A stretch of DNA of 64,000 bases, taken from the NCBI GenBank assembly GCA_964343265.1, contig CAYFIW010000002.1:823-64822 (forward strand), in the 5' to 3' direction. This document shows positions 1 to 9,647 of this stretch, piece after piece. The stretch is from an uncultured Dehalococcoidia bacterium. Lineage in GTDB: Bacteria; Chloroflexota; Dehalococcoidia; Lucifugimonadales; UBA826. The position numbers and the translations under genes were made by a program. The notes below the pieces were generated by a model that was not told the origin of the DNA, ran no database searches, and was given only the letters and a program-made list of their open reading frames with translations. Position 1 is the first letter of the stretch, and every line of letters begins with the position of its first letter.

Positions 1-482
1 ATCTTGATCAACGAATCCAAAATATGGATGTTGGCGACAGGATATTTCAAGTTATAGTACCGACAGAAGAGGAAATGGAATATAAGGATGGCCAGAAAAC
101 ATCCGTTTCCAGGAAAGTTTTTCCTGGGTACATTCTTGTCCAAATGAACATGGATGATGAAAGTTGGTTTGTAGTTAGGAACACTCCCGGAGTTACAGGG
201 TTCGTTTCAGCTGAAGATGAAAGTGATAATCGTCCAAAACCTGTTCCGTTGGAACAACATGAAGTAGACGGAATACTCAATCAGATCCAGTCTGAGGAAC
301 CAAGGGTAAGAGTAGGCTTCGCGCAAGGTCAAACGGTGAGGATTACAGATGGCCCATTTGTTGACTTTATGGGGGCAGTTGATGAAGTTTATCCAGATAG
401 AGCTAAAGTAAAAGTTTTAGTGTCGTTTTTTGGAAGAGAAACCCCTGTTGAATTGGATTTCTTACAAGTCGAGAAAGCTTAG
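1..482 (+). CDS. nusG: Transcription termination/antitermination factor NusG, 5' end outside window
   Basis: The frame is open from nt 3, with LDQRIQN preceding the first in-frame Met at 24. The NusG-like core reads FPGYILVQM...[14 protein letters not shown]. The C-terminal KOW segment reads [21 protein letters not shown]...[19 protein letters not shown]. It sits directly upstream of rplK-rplA-rplJ-rplL. Confidence 0.9.
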   Translation, partial: LDQRIQNMDVGDRIFQVIVPTEEEMEYKDGQKTSVSRKVFPGYILVQMNMDDESWFVVRNTPGVTGFVSAEDESDNRPKPVPLEQHEVDGILNQIQSEEPRVRVGFAQGQTVRITDGPFVDFMGAVDEVYPDRAKVKVLVSFFGRETPVELDFLQVEKA

Positions 483-496
483 AGTAGAGGAAGAAT

Positions 497-919
497 TTGG
501 CTAAGAAGGTAATTGGGCTTATAAAATTACAAATTGAGGCAGGGAAGGCCACTCCTGCTCCACCAGTTGGACCTGCTTTGGGTCAACATGGTGTAAATAT
601 CATGGGATTCGTAAAAGAATACAATGAAAGAACATCTTCTTTGGCTGGTTCCATAGTGCCTGTCGAGATAACAGTGTACGAGGACAGGTCATTTGATTTT
701 ATTGTGAAAAGTCCTCCGGCATCTGATTTGTTGAGGAAAGCCGCGGGAATAGAGAAAGGAAGCGGGAACCCTCTTGTAGATAAAGTCGGAATCATACCTC
801 GAGATAAAGTTAGAGAAATCGCTGAAACTAAGATAAAAGATCTCAATGCTGCGGACATTGAAGGTGCAATGAAAATCATAGAAGGCACTGCACGAAGTAT
901 GGGTATTCAAGTCAGGTGA
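497..919 (+). CDS. rplK: 50S ribosomal protein L11
   Basis: TTG start 14 nt after nusG. Carries the L11 signature [34 protein letters not shown]. Confidence 0.97.
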   Translation: MAKKVIGLIKLQIEAGKATPAPPVGPALGQHGVNIMGFVKEYNERTSSLAGSIVPVEITVYEDRSFDFIVKSPPASDLLRKAAGIEKGSGNPLVDKVGIIPRDKVREIAETKIKDLNAADIEGAMKIIEGTARSMGIQVR

Positions 920-954
920 TTTTGATTTCTTAAAGGGGTTAACAGGGGAATAAT

Positions 955-1668
955 ATGAGCAGACATGGCAAAAGATATAATGAGGCTTCATCGGTAGTTG
1001 AGGAAGAGAAAGAATACTCATCAGGTGAAGCTGTTGGACTAGTAAAGAAAAATGCAACTGCCAAATTCGATGAAACAATAGATCTTCATTTGCGAACGGG
1101 AGCCGACCCCAGGCATGCTGACCAAATGGTCAGAGGAGTAGCCTTGTTACCACATGGAGTGGGAAAACAAATTCGAACTTTGGTTTTTTGTCAGGGAGAC
1201 GCTGTAGAGGTCGCAAAATCTGCTGGTTCAGACCATGCTGGTAACGACGATCTTATTAAAGATATTGAAAATGGATGGCTGGAGTTTGATGTCTCTATCG
1301 CTACTCCAGATATGATGGGTAAAGTGGGAAGGTTGGGACAGATCTTAGGCCGAAGAGGACTTATGCCTAATCCTAGAACTGGTACAGTTGTACCTGCTGA
1401 AGATATACCTCGTGCCGTTGAGGAAGCAAAAAAAGGAAGGGTGGAGTTCAGGTTGGACCGATCGGCGATAATACATAGCCCCATAGGTAAGGCTAGTTTC
1501 ACGGAAGAACAACTAGTCGATAACCTGTCATTATTGATGGATAATATATTGAGGCAAAAACCTTCCGGAGTTAAAGGACAATTCATAAGATCTGCTTTTT
1601 TGACTAGTACAATGGGACCAAGTGTCAAGATTGATGTTGCATCGCTAACGTCACTAACAGTAGAATAG
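955..1668 (+). CDS. rplA: 50S ribosomal protein L1
   Basis: L1-like sequence: KFDETIDLHLRTGADPRHADQMVRG...GLMPNPRTGTV. Canonical position after rplK. Confidence 0.97.
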   Translation: MSRHGKRYNEASSVVEEEKEYSSGEAVGLVKKNATAKFDETIDLHLRTGADPRHADQMVRGVALLPHGVGKQIRTLVFCQGDAVEVAKSAGSDHAGNDDLIKDIENGWLEFDVSIATPDMMGKVGRLGQILGRRGLMPNPRTGTVVPAEDIPRAVEEAKKGRVEFRLDRSAIIHSPIGKASFTEEQLVDNLSLLMDNILRQKPSGVKGQFIRSAFLTSTMGPSVKIDVASLTSLTVE

Positions 1669-1871
1669 ATATTCGGCCAGAGAAAGTGGGCTCTAGGATT
1701 GACCTAGATTAAAACAACAGCCCGCCTAGGCAAATTACAAGCTGGTTTTCTAGATGGAGAAACGGCATGGACGCCTCGGCCAATATGTCCGGGGTTTTTT
1801 TTTGGTAAAAATTTAATGATGATTGGATGATTTAGGATACAGAAAAGAGGACTAATAAACAGGAGAATTCC
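1669..1871 (+). promoter_or_regulatory. rplJ (L10) leader region containing an intrinsic terminator/attenuator
   Basis: 203-nt untranslated spacer between rplA and rplJ. It holds a hairpin plus a 9-T run at 1774-1803, followed by an AGGAG RBS before the rplJ ATG. The position matches known L10-leader autoregulatory RNAs. The fold beyond the terminator was not verified. Confidence 0.55.
1774..1803 (+). terminator. Intrinsic terminator-like hairpin inside the L10 leader
   Basis: CCTCGG (1774-1779) pairs with CCGGGG (1789-1794), including one G-U pair, around a 9-nt loop. TTTTTTTTT follows immediately (1795-1803). Confidence 0.7.
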
Positions 1872-2420
1872 ATGCCTACTGAGGCTAAATCGGAAGCAAT
1901 AGATGAATTAATTGAATTGATGAAGAATTGCTCAATAGCAATTTCTACGGATTATTCGGGCCTAAATGTCTCAGATATGAGTGATTTCAGGACTCTACTT
2001 AGAGAAAACGGAATAAAATTCAAAGTAATTAAGAATACTTTATTTAAGATTGCAGCTGAGCAGGCCGATTGGCCAGAAATGAAGGAACTTATCGATGGTC
2101 AGACTGGTATAGCATTTGGATATGGAGATGAACAATCTCCTGCCAAAATAATATCCAATTATATCAAAGATAGTGGCACAAATATCGATCTTAAAATGGG
2201 TCTTATAGGGACTCAAACTCTATCAGGAGATGAAATCAAACAATTAGCATCTCTTCCAGGCAAGGAGGAATTAGTCGCTAAACTAGTAGGTCAGTTGCAT
2301 GGTCAATTAGCAGGACTAGTGTTCACATTAAATAGCCCATTGGTTGGGGCGGCGCGAGTATTAAATGCCCCTCTAACGGGTTTGGCAACAGTCTTGCAAG
2401 CCAAGGCTGCCCAAGGATAG
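1872..2420 (+). CDS. rplJ: 50S ribosomal protein L10
   Basis: L10-like N-terminus, KSEAIDELIELMKNCSIAISTDYSGLNVSDMSDFRTLLRENGIKFKVIKNTL. Canonical position before rplL. Confidence 0.95.
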   Translation: MPTEAKSEAIDELIELMKNCSIAISTDYSGLNVSDMSDFRTLLRENGIKFKVIKNTLFKIAAEQADWPEMKELIDGQTGIAFGYGDEQSPAKIISNYIKDSGTNIDLKMGLIGTQTLSGDEIKQLASLPGKEELVAKLVGQLHGQLAGLVFTLNSPLVGAARVLNAPLTGLATVLQAKAAQG

Positions 2421-2469
2421 AAAGCAAGAATGTTAACCAAGAAAATTCATAAAACAGGGGAAGAAAAAA

Positions 2470-2865
2470 ATGGCACTTTCTAAGGAAGAAATTTTAGAAG
2501 CAATAAAAGAATTACCGGTTATAGATCTAGCAGGTCTTGTTAAGGACCTTGAGGAAGAATTCGGGGTAAGTGCGGCTGCCGCAGCCCCAGTTGCAGTAGC
2601 TGCAGTTGCACCAGGTGCTGCTTCAGCTGGCGATGCTGGTGGAGCGGAAGAAAAAAGTGAATTTACTGTAACTTTGAAAGAATTCGGGGACAACAAGATT
2701 AATGTAATTAAGGCGGTTAGAGCTGCCACTTCTCTTGGCCTGAAGGAAGCCAAGGACTTAGTGGAAAGTGCTCCAACTGCAATTAAAGAGGACACCAGCA
2801 AAGAAGATGCTGAAGCTTTGAAGAAAGATTTGGAAGAGGCCGGAGCTGTCGTAGAACTGAGCTAG
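2470..2865 (+). CDS. rplL: 50S ribosomal protein L7/L12
   Basis: N-terminal dimerisation helix, an Ala-rich hinge ([17 protein letters not shown]), and a C-terminal domain [27 protein letters not shown]. Confidence 0.97.
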   Translation: MALSKEEILEAIKELPVIDLAGLVKDLEEEFGVSAAAAAPVAVAAVAPGAASAGDAGGAEEKSEFTVTLKEFGDNKINVIKAVRAATSLGLKEAKDLVESAPTAIKEDTSKEDAEALKKDLEEAGAVVELS

Positions 2866-2885
2866 GAATGTCGTATTTCTAAAAC

Positions 2886-2940
2886 AAAAATAGCCTGTAA
2901 ATTTCTTTTCATAAATAGACAGAAATTTACAGGCTATTTT
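2886..2940. terminator. Bidirectional terminator between convergent rplL and the larA-like gene
   Basis: Perfect 20-bp inverted repeat. AAAATAGCCTGTAAATTTCT (2887-2906) pairs with AGAAATTTACAGGCTATTTT (2921-2940) around a 14-nt loop. A and T runs lie at both ends. The right arm overlaps the stop codon of the minus-strand gene. Confidence 0.8.
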
Positions 2941-4196
2941 ATATACGGAATAGTTTGAGGCCCTTCAGGCAATACACATATTGATGAACCTGGCTTATCT
3001 TGGCACAGTTTTAAAATGGTTTCTTCAATGTCATCAATAGGGTGCAAGTGCGAATTTGCTATTTGACTGTGGGTTAAATAATCTGATTTAACGTAGACGG
3101 TTGCTTTGGACTGTATTTGAGCTTGTATCTGAACCTGCCATTGATCATGGCAGTTGTAGTCAGGGTTATTGATTAGTTCAAGTAGTTCATCTGGCGAGGA
3201 TGCAGATGTCAATATGTTTCCATAGTTACCATGTTCGGGGATCCCATCAGAGCATTCCGCTGCACAGATTATGCTTCCTCCCGTTGCGACAACTGAGGAC
3301 GCTGCAGACATCCCTTTAACAGCCTGATATAAATTCATATCTAAAGGGTATCCACTGTTCGTAGTTATTACTATGTCAAATTTGTGATCTACCTTTACTG
3401 TTGAGGTGGATTTTGAGAAGTCACAACATGCCTTATGGACTTTGAACATGTTGCCTGCGTAAACGCTTGTAATTCCTTTATTCTTATTCAAAGTTACATC
3501 AAGACTAAAATCAACAGGTTCAATATTGGCTATTTCTCTAATAGTATCGTGAATCGGATTACCTTCGGTGATAGCCCATGTTGAATTAGGGTGCGCGATC
3601 ATATCTGAGTTATGTAGGTGCATGATAGTTTCAAACCCAGCTAGGCCTGGTGCTACCATTTTAGGACCACCACTAAATCCAGCAAAAAAATGGGGTTCTA
3701 CAAAACCTATAGTGATTTTAAAATCGGATTTGATCCAATCACTATTTATAAATACAGGAATACCATTTTTTGTTGTTCCAACTCTGCTTAAACTTGCCTT
3801 ATCAAATGCATCATGATTAATGATATTGTATCCCCGGCTTGTCACTGTTTGGCCAAGCATTGAATCCAGTTCTGACTTATCATTTGACCTATGCGTGCCC
3901 GTGGCTATAAAGATGGTTATGTCTTCGTCTGGAATATGCTCCAGTTCCGCCAGTAAAACAGACAAAATAACATTTGTAGGTATTGGCCTTGTTATATCGC
4001 ATACACTGATGCCTATTCTTTGTCCCAACACTACAGATTGACGAAGAGGTGGGGTTGATATTGGATTCCTTATAGCGTCTTTTAATGCTCCATGTTGGTC
4101 TGGTAAAGCTGGTAAAAATTGCGGCTCGATTACCTTCGTGTAGTCAGGTAAATTCACCATCAGACCATTTTTGCCATAAGATAATTTAATTTCCAT
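2934..4196 (-). CDS. LarA-like (lactate racemase family, DUF2088) nickel-pincer-dependent 2-hydroxyacid racemase/epimerase homolog
   Basis: 420 aa. Carries the motifs FIATGTHRSN and GFVEPHFFAGFSGGPKMVAPG, the His and His/Lys positions of the LarA active site as I recall them. Substrate unknown. Confidence 0.75.
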   Translation of the reverse strand: MEIKLSYGKNGLMVNLPDYTKVIEPQFLPALPDQHGALKDAIRNPISTPPLRQSVVLGQRIGISVCDITRPIPTNVILSVLLAELEHIPDEDITIFIATGTHRSNDKSELDSMLGQTVTSRGYNIINHDAFDKASLSRVGTTKNGIPVFINSDWIKSDFKITIGFVEPHFFAGFSGGPKMVAPGLAGFETIMHLHNSDMIAHPNSTWAITEGNPIHDTIREIANIEPVDFSLDVTLNKNKGITSVYAGNMFKVHKACCDFSKSTSTVKVDHKFDIVITTNSGYPLDMNLYQAVKGMSAASSVVATGGSIICAAECSDGIPEHGNYGNILTSASSPDELLELINNPDYNCHDQWQVQIQAQIQSKATVYVKSDYLTHSQIANSHLHPIDDIEETILKLCQDKPGSSICVLPEGPQTIPYIK

Positions 4197-4200
4197 TTTT

Positions 4201-5280
4201 TTATGCGTCTCTTATAACAGCTTCACATAAGTGGGCTGCATCGACTAGATCCGGGATAGTTACATATTCCCGTTTTGTGTGCATTCCGTGGTCTGCCATA
4301 CCTACCACTACAGAGCTAATGTCATTCAACCTGAACACGTTCCCATCGGTTCCTCCTCCAGAAGGCTTAAGTAGTGGGACGAGACCAATTGACCTTAATG
4401 CTCGGCTAACTCTCTGAGTAGCTGGATCGTCCTCAGTTAGAGAATATGTTTCAAATTCTGTATGTAGGTGTTGATCAATTGACGACTCTGGATATAAATT
4501 GGCCACTTCTTTAACAATTTCTTGTATCTGTAATCGAATCCCGTCTAAGCTTTCGAGACTTGTGCTTCTATATTCTCCTTTAATAGTTGCATTTTCTGCT
4601 ACCGTATTTCGGACGCTGCCACCTTCTATGAGTCCCACGTTAAAAGTGGTGTTCTCATCCAATCTACCTTGTGGAAGTCGTGTGATGATTTCAGCAGCTA
4701 TTTTTATAGCTGATATACCTTTCTCCGGTTCAGCACCTGCGTGCGCAGCGCGACCAATTATTTCCATATCAAAACCTATATATGTTGGGCTAGAAGATGT
4801 GATTTGACTGACTGGACCTTCACCGTCAAATACTATAGCTTCCTTGGCGGTTATTAGATTGAAGTCTAGATTGCGGGCCCCGACAAGTCCGATTTCCTCT
4901 TCTCTTGTAAATGCTAATTCCAGTGCGTGCCGTTCTTCCCCATCCTCAATTATTGATTCGAGGCCCTCCAACATTGCAGCTATACCTGCTTTACAATCTC
5001 CACCCAGAATAGTAGTACCGTCCGATACTATTCGATCTTCCTGTACACTTGGCTTTATGCCTCTCCCTGGTTCTACGGTATCAAGATGCGCTGATAATAA
5101 GATAGGATTCGGGCGCCCATCAGACGCGACCACGTTGCCATATGCATCCCTCTTAGTAGCAAATCCCATTTTTTCTAATCTAGCTATGATTTCTTGTGCC
5201 ATGAGTTCTTCTTCACCAGAAGGACTATCTATTTGAACAATGTCACAGAATGTTTTAATCAATCTTTCTCTATTTATCAT
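4201..5280 (-). CDS. M20/M25/M40 family metallopeptidase (peptidase T-like)
   Basis: 359 aa. Metal-ligand motifs LSAHLDTV, GGDCKAG, TREEEIGLVGA and MHTKREYV. Its stop lies 4 nt upstream of the larA-like start. Confidence 0.8.
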   Translation of the reverse strand: MINRERLIKTFCDIVQIDSPSGEEELMAQEIIARLEKMGFATKRDAYGNVVASDGRPNPILLSAHLDTVEPGRGIKPSVQEDRIVSDGTTILGGDCKAGIAAMLEGLESIIEDGEERHALELAFTREEEIGLVGARNLDFNLITAKEAIVFDGEGPVSQITSSSPTYIGFDMEIIGRAAHAGAEPEKGISAIKIAAEIITRLPQGRLDENTTFNVGLIEGGSVRNTVAENATIKGEYRSTSLESLDGIRLQIQEIVKEVANLYPESSIDQHLHTEFETYSLTEDDPATQRVSRALRSIGLVPLLKPSGGGTDGNVFRLNDISSVVVGMADHGMHTKREYVTIPDLVDAAHLCEAVIRDA

Positions 5281-5579
5281 TGGTTATAAAATCCTTAGAA
5301 GCACTTATAAAGTTGTCTTTAATTTATGGACATTTTTCAGAATCGTATTGCTTAGTTTATAGATTGTTTCCTAATACTAATATATTGGAACTAGAAAAAT
5401 TGGGAAATAATTATACGAACGACTGTTGTGGTCAGGTTTTTAGCTGCTGGCAGATTAGGAAGAGAAATTAAACTAAGCATGAGTTGGTTTCAATATGATG
5501 AAGTCGTAATTCTTTTGGTTACTTATGTGGTATTGGTCTTTTTGGTTGATGGGATTTCCGTATTTTTACGAAAAATATG

Positions 5580-7316
5580 TTAGCTGAATTCATATGGCCT
5601 ATATTTATTAGCAATGGGCATTCTCCTGTCACGCCCAAAATTCTTTGGAGTGATTTTTACACCTGGTGCCGATTGGCGTCTTTTGTATTCGTTTCTATCT
5701 ACCATCTGAATTATGTTTTTTACGATATCTCCATCAAATCCTAGTTGGATGATTTCACTGAAACTAATATCCTTTTCAACATAATATTCAAGAATTGCAT
5801 CCAGTATTTCATAATCTGGCAAACTGTCAGAGTCTTTTTGGTCAGGACGTAGCTCTGCACTAGGTGGCTTTTCAATAACTGATTGCGGTATTACTTCCGC
5901 CTCATTCTCATTATTAATATGATTGCTTAGTTCATACACAATTGTTTTTGGTACATCTTTTATAACAGCGAATCCACCTGCCATATCCCCATAAATAGTG
6001 GAATATCCGACAGCCATTTCACTTTTATTGCCAGTGGTAAGAACAAGTTGATTAAACTTGTTTGACATTGCCATTATCAGGTTTCCACGAATTCTTGATT
6101 GAATGTTTTCTTCTGCTAGTCCCCAGCTAGTTCCTGAAAATGGATCTTGTAAAATTTTTTCATTGGCTTTATAAATTTCCCAGATTGGGAGTGTGATTAA
6201 TGTAATCCCCAGATTGTCAGCAAGGTTTTTAGCATCTGTGCGACTTCCATCTGAAGAAAATTCAGATGGCATAGATATACCGGTGACGTTCTCATTTCCC
6301 ACTGCTTCAACGGCTAGTGCTGCCACCAAACTGGAATCTATTCCTCCAGATAGTGCTATCAAAACTTTCTCAAACCCGCTTTTTTTAACGTAATCTCTGG
6401 TACCGAGAACTAGTGCTGACTTTAATTCAGTCATTTTGTTCATTGGACTAGTGGAAGTTATTGGCAAGTTGTTTTTGTTTTTATTGAAGACCTTAGAAAC
6501 TTTAAATACGTCGGAAGTTCCAACTTTATTAAGGTCAGGTAAAGAAAATTTGATTCCCTCTGGCTTTGTTTGAGACTTTAGTTGATCTATATTTATGTCG
6601 TATAACAGAAGGTCTTCTTCGAATTGTTTACCTCGGGATAATATGTCCCCATGCGGACTAATTATTAAACTTGTTCCGTCAAACACAAGTTCATCTTGTC
6701 CACCCACTTGGTTAACATAGGCGATAAAAACGCTATGATCCTTTGCTCTTTTACAAAGCATTTTTTCCCTTTGTTGGCGTTTGCCAGCAAAGAAGGGTGA
6801 ACCGTTTATGTTTACGATTAACTCAGCGCCAGCAGATTTTTGGACTCCTGTTGGTCCAATTGGATACCAAATGTCCTCACAGATATTAACTCCTACTGAT
6901 ACACCTGATATGACCCCAACTGGACATTTTTCACCTTGGTCAAAATACCTTTTTTCATCGAAGACACCATAGTTGGGCAAGAATATTTTTCTATGTTTGG
7001 AAATCAATTTTCCACGATGCGCTATTGCTGCAGCATTGTATCTTCCATCGTCTCTGTCCACGTATCCAAAAATCGAAATTATGTCAGGTGTGTTTTCTAC
7101 TATTTTTTCAACTGCAGAGAGATTTTCCGACACAAATTGCTTTCTTAGCAAAAGATCTTCGGGGGGGTAACCCGTCACGGACAGTTCTGGAAATGCTACT
7201 AGGTCAGCACCCAGATTAACAGCTCTCTCTATTTCTCGAATTATCTTTTGAGAATTGGAATTTATATCCCCAACTGATGGGTTGATTTGGGCTAAAGCTA
7301 TTCTTAACGAGTCCAT
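5580..7316 (-). CDS. nadE: Glutamine-dependent NAD+ synthetase (nitrilase-like domain plus NAD synthetase domain)
   Basis: 578 aa. N-terminal CN-hydrolase domain (RIALAQINPSVGD...FPELSVTGY...NICEDIW). C-terminal PP-loop motif LSGGIDSS. Confidence 0.92.
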   Translation of the reverse strand: MDSLRIALAQINPSVGDINSNSQKIIREIERAVNLGADLVAFPELSVTGYPPEDLLLRKQFVSENLSAVEKIVENTPDIISIFGYVDRDDGRYNAAAIAHRGKLISKHRKIFLPNYGVFDEKRYFDQGEKCPVGVISGVSVGVNICEDIWYPIGPTGVQKSAGAELIVNINGSPFFAGKRQQREKMLCKRAKDHSVFIAYVNQVGGQDELVFDGTSLIISPHGDILSRGKQFEEDLLLYDINIDQLKSQTKPEGIKFSLPDLNKVGTSDVFKVSKVFNKNKNNLPITSTSPMNKMTELKSALVLGTRDYVKKSGFEKVLIALSGGIDSSLVAALAVEAVGNENVTGISMPSEFSSDGSRTDAKNLADNLGITLITLPIWEIYKANEKILQDPFSGTSWGLAEENIQSRIRGNLIMAMSNKFNQLVLTTGNKSEMAVGYSTIYGDMAGGFAVIKDVPKTIVYELSNHINNENEAEVIPQSVIEKPPSAELRPDQKDSDSLPDYEILDAILEYYVEKDISFSEIIQLGFDGDIVKNIIQMVDRNEYKRRQSAPGVKITPKNFGRDRRMPIANKYRPYEFS

Positions 7317-7386
7317 ATTTGAGGCCCTTACATTTCAATAGTGTCAGTGATTGGGCTAGCCCTAACGTCAAATATTATGTTGGAAT

Positions 7387-8547
7387 CTACTGCTCTACAA
7401 ATTTCTTTATTCTTTGAAGAGCTTCTTCCAAGTTTGCTGTTGAATTTGCGAAAGATATTCGTATAAATCCTTTTCCAAATTTACCGAAGGACTCTCCTGA
7501 CAGTACCGCAACACCAGCTTCTTCCAACAGCCTATCTGCGAACTCTACGCTACTAAGCCCAGTTCCTTCCACATTTGGAAATGCATAAAATGCACCCTTT
7601 GGTGTGGCGCAATTGATTCCATTGATGTCGTTTAGTCCGCTGACGATTATGTCTCTACGGTCTTTGAATTCTTTTACCATTTCCTTTGAGCCATTTTGGG
7701 GGCCTGTGATTGCTTCTATGGCTGCTTGTTGAGTGAAACTAGCTGTACATGAAACACTATTCGTTACTAACCTTGATACCGGTTCGATCAGATCACTGGG
7801 AAATAATCCATAACCTATTCTCCAACCTGTCATTGCATAGGTTTTTGAAAATCCATCCAATATTATGGTTCTGTCTAACATTTCTGGATAGGCCGATATA
7901 CTTTCATGTGATCCTTCGTATAGGAAACGTATGTATATCTCGTCTGACATCACAAGAATATCGTTTTCTTTTGCTATGACGGAAAGTGCTTCCAATTCCT
8001 CTCTACCTATGACACTTCCACACGGATTGTTTGGTGAATTTATGATGATGAGCTTTGTTTTTGGCGTAATTTGGTTTCTGACTTCATTGATGTCGATATT
8101 GAAATCTTTGTCGCCATGAAGCTGCATGGGAACCGCTGTACCACCGCAGAATTCAATCATAGATTCATAAATTGGGAACCCTGGATTTGGGTATAAAACT
8201 TCGTCACCCGACTCTATTAAAGCCATTATTGTGAAGAACATGATGGGTTTTCCACCTGGAGTCACAATAACATTATCACCCTTGGCATCAATATTTCTCG
8301 TACTGGACAATTCTGCAGCAATGACATCTCGTAAATCTTGGTACCCGGGTGATGGGTTATACGATGTGAAGCCATTCGTAATGGCGTTTCTACCGGCCTC
8401 GGCTATGTTACCGGGCGTATCAAAATCAGGTTCACCAATCTCTAGGTGAATGACACTTTTCCCCTGAGCTTCCAGCTTCTGTGCCTTTGCTAGTATTTCG
8501 AACGCAGTTTCTGTACCGAGTCGGCTCATTCTCTGAGCTAGTTTCAT
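7387..8547 (-). CDS. Class I/II pyridoxal-phosphate aminotransferase (aspartate aminotransferase-like)
   Basis: 386 aa. Motifs NSPNNPCG, SDEIY and a PLP-lysine context FSKTYAMTGWRIGY. Confidence 0.9.
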   Translation of the reverse strand: MKLAQRMSRLGTETAFEILAKAQKLEAQGKSVIHLEIGEPDFDTPGNIAEAGRNAITNGFTSYNPSPGYQDLRDVIAAELSSTRNIDAKGDNVIVTPGGKPIMFFTIMALIESGDEVLYPNPGFPIYESMIEFCGGTAVPMQLHGDKDFNIDINEVRNQITPKTKLIIINSPNNPCGSVIGREELEALSVIAKENDILVMSDEIYIRFLYEGSHESISAYPEMLDRTIILDGFSKTYAMTGWRIGYGLFPSDLIEPVSRLVTNSVSCTASFTQQAAIEAITGPQNGSKEMVKEFKDRRDIIVSGLNDINGINCATPKGAFYAFPNVEGTGLSSVEFADRLLEEAGVAVLSGESFGKFGKGFIRISFANSTANLEEALQRIKKFVEQ

Positions 8548-8716
8548 TAGGGAAAATCTCCATTAAATCAATGATTACGACTAGTATACAACGGCAGGCA
8601 ACTCACAAACTATACCTGAATATCAACTAAGTGATATTTGTAAGCTATATGCTAAGCTTTCCCTATACTGATTTTTTCATTGATATAAATAAAAATTCAT
8701 AATTAAAGAGTGAAAT

Positions 8717-9616
8717 GTGAAAGTATATTTGGGAGTTCCACGCGGATTTTGTGCTGGAGTTGTAAGGGCCATTGATCTTGTGGAATTGGCCTTAAATAAA
8801 TATGGTCCTCCGGTATATGTTAAGCACCAAATTGTACATAATCCTCATGTCGTAAAAGATCTAGAGTCTAAAGGTGCTATTACGGTGGAAGAAGTTGAGG
8901 AAATCCCTATAGGAGCAAGGGTCGTTTTTTCGGCTCATGGTTCTCCCCCCGAAGATTTTGAGAAAGCGAGGGAGAGAGATTTAGATGTGGTGGATGCTAC
9001 TTGCCCACTAGTAATAAAAGTCCACAATGAGGCAAAAAAATATATAGGGGACGGTAGGAAAATAATTCTCGTTGGTCATAAAGGCCATCAGGAAGTTAAA
9101 GGCACAATGGGACAGGCTGAAATGCATCTTGTAGATGATCGGGAAAAATATAAGTCACCAGATTGGAATTTAGAAACTCCTGTTACGGTGTTAACACAAA
9201 CAACACTTTCAGTTGAGGATACGAAGCGCAGTATTGGGTTTATAGAGAACACATACAAAGATGTGATAGTGAGAAACGACCTATGCTATGCCACGACTAA
9301 TAGACAAAATGCTGTACAAGTTATTTCTAATCATGTAGACATGTTTTTAGTTATAGGTGCGGACAATAGTTCCAATTGCAATAGACTTAGAGAGGTTGCA
9401 GAGAGGAATGGGATAGATGCTTATCTTATAAATGGTGTAGATGAGCTTGAACCAAAATGGTTAGAGAATGTGTCGAACATTGGCATAACTTCTGGGGCTT
9501 CAACCCCGGATTCTTTGGTTCAAGAGATAATAGACTTTCTACAGCCAGAGGAAGTGATACCAATGGGAGGGGTTGAAGAAAACATAACTTTCACATTACC
9601 GGAGGAATTTAAATGA
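8717..9616 (+). CDS. ispH: 4-hydroxy-3-methylbut-2-enyl diphosphate reductase
   Basis: GTG start. Motifs PRGFCAGVVRAI, ATCPLVIKVH, and the third Cys context NDLCYATTNRQ. Confidence 0.93.
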   Translation: MKVYLGVPRGFCAGVVRAIDLVELALNKYGPPVYVKHQIVHNPHVVKDLESKGAITVEEVEEIPIGARVVFSAHGSPPEDFEKARERDLDVVDATCPLVIKVHNEAKKYIGDGRKIILVGHKGHQEVKGTMGQAEMHLVDDREKYKSPDWNLETPVTVLTQTTLSVEDTKRSIGFIENTYKDVIVRNDLCYATTNRQNAVQVISNHVDMFLVIGADNSSNCNRLREVAERNGIDAYLINGVDELEPKWLENVSNIGITSGASTPDSLVQEIIDFLQPEEVIPMGGVEENITFTLPEEFK

Positions 9617-9647
9617 ATCACTTAAAGGACAAAGTCAAAAGAAAGCT

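Noticed and set aside
2433-2801. Long antisense or shadow ORFs throughout the track. Examples: 47-280, 583-888, 1191-1628, 2433-2801, 24754-25254, 30697-31113, 42802-43113, 52442-52879, 53366-53695.
   Set aside because: Each lies fully inside, and opposite to or out of frame with, a gene carrying strong family motifs. Their translations are low-complexity or Ser/Leu/Ile-rich with no recognisable motifs. This is typical of the opposite strand of AT-rich coding DNA.
5280-5471. 63-aa plus-strand ORF in the nadE/M20 spacer.
   Set aside because: Non-protein-like composition (Cys/Asn/Leu-rich). The start codon is shared with the divergent M20 gene's start region. I could see no RBS.
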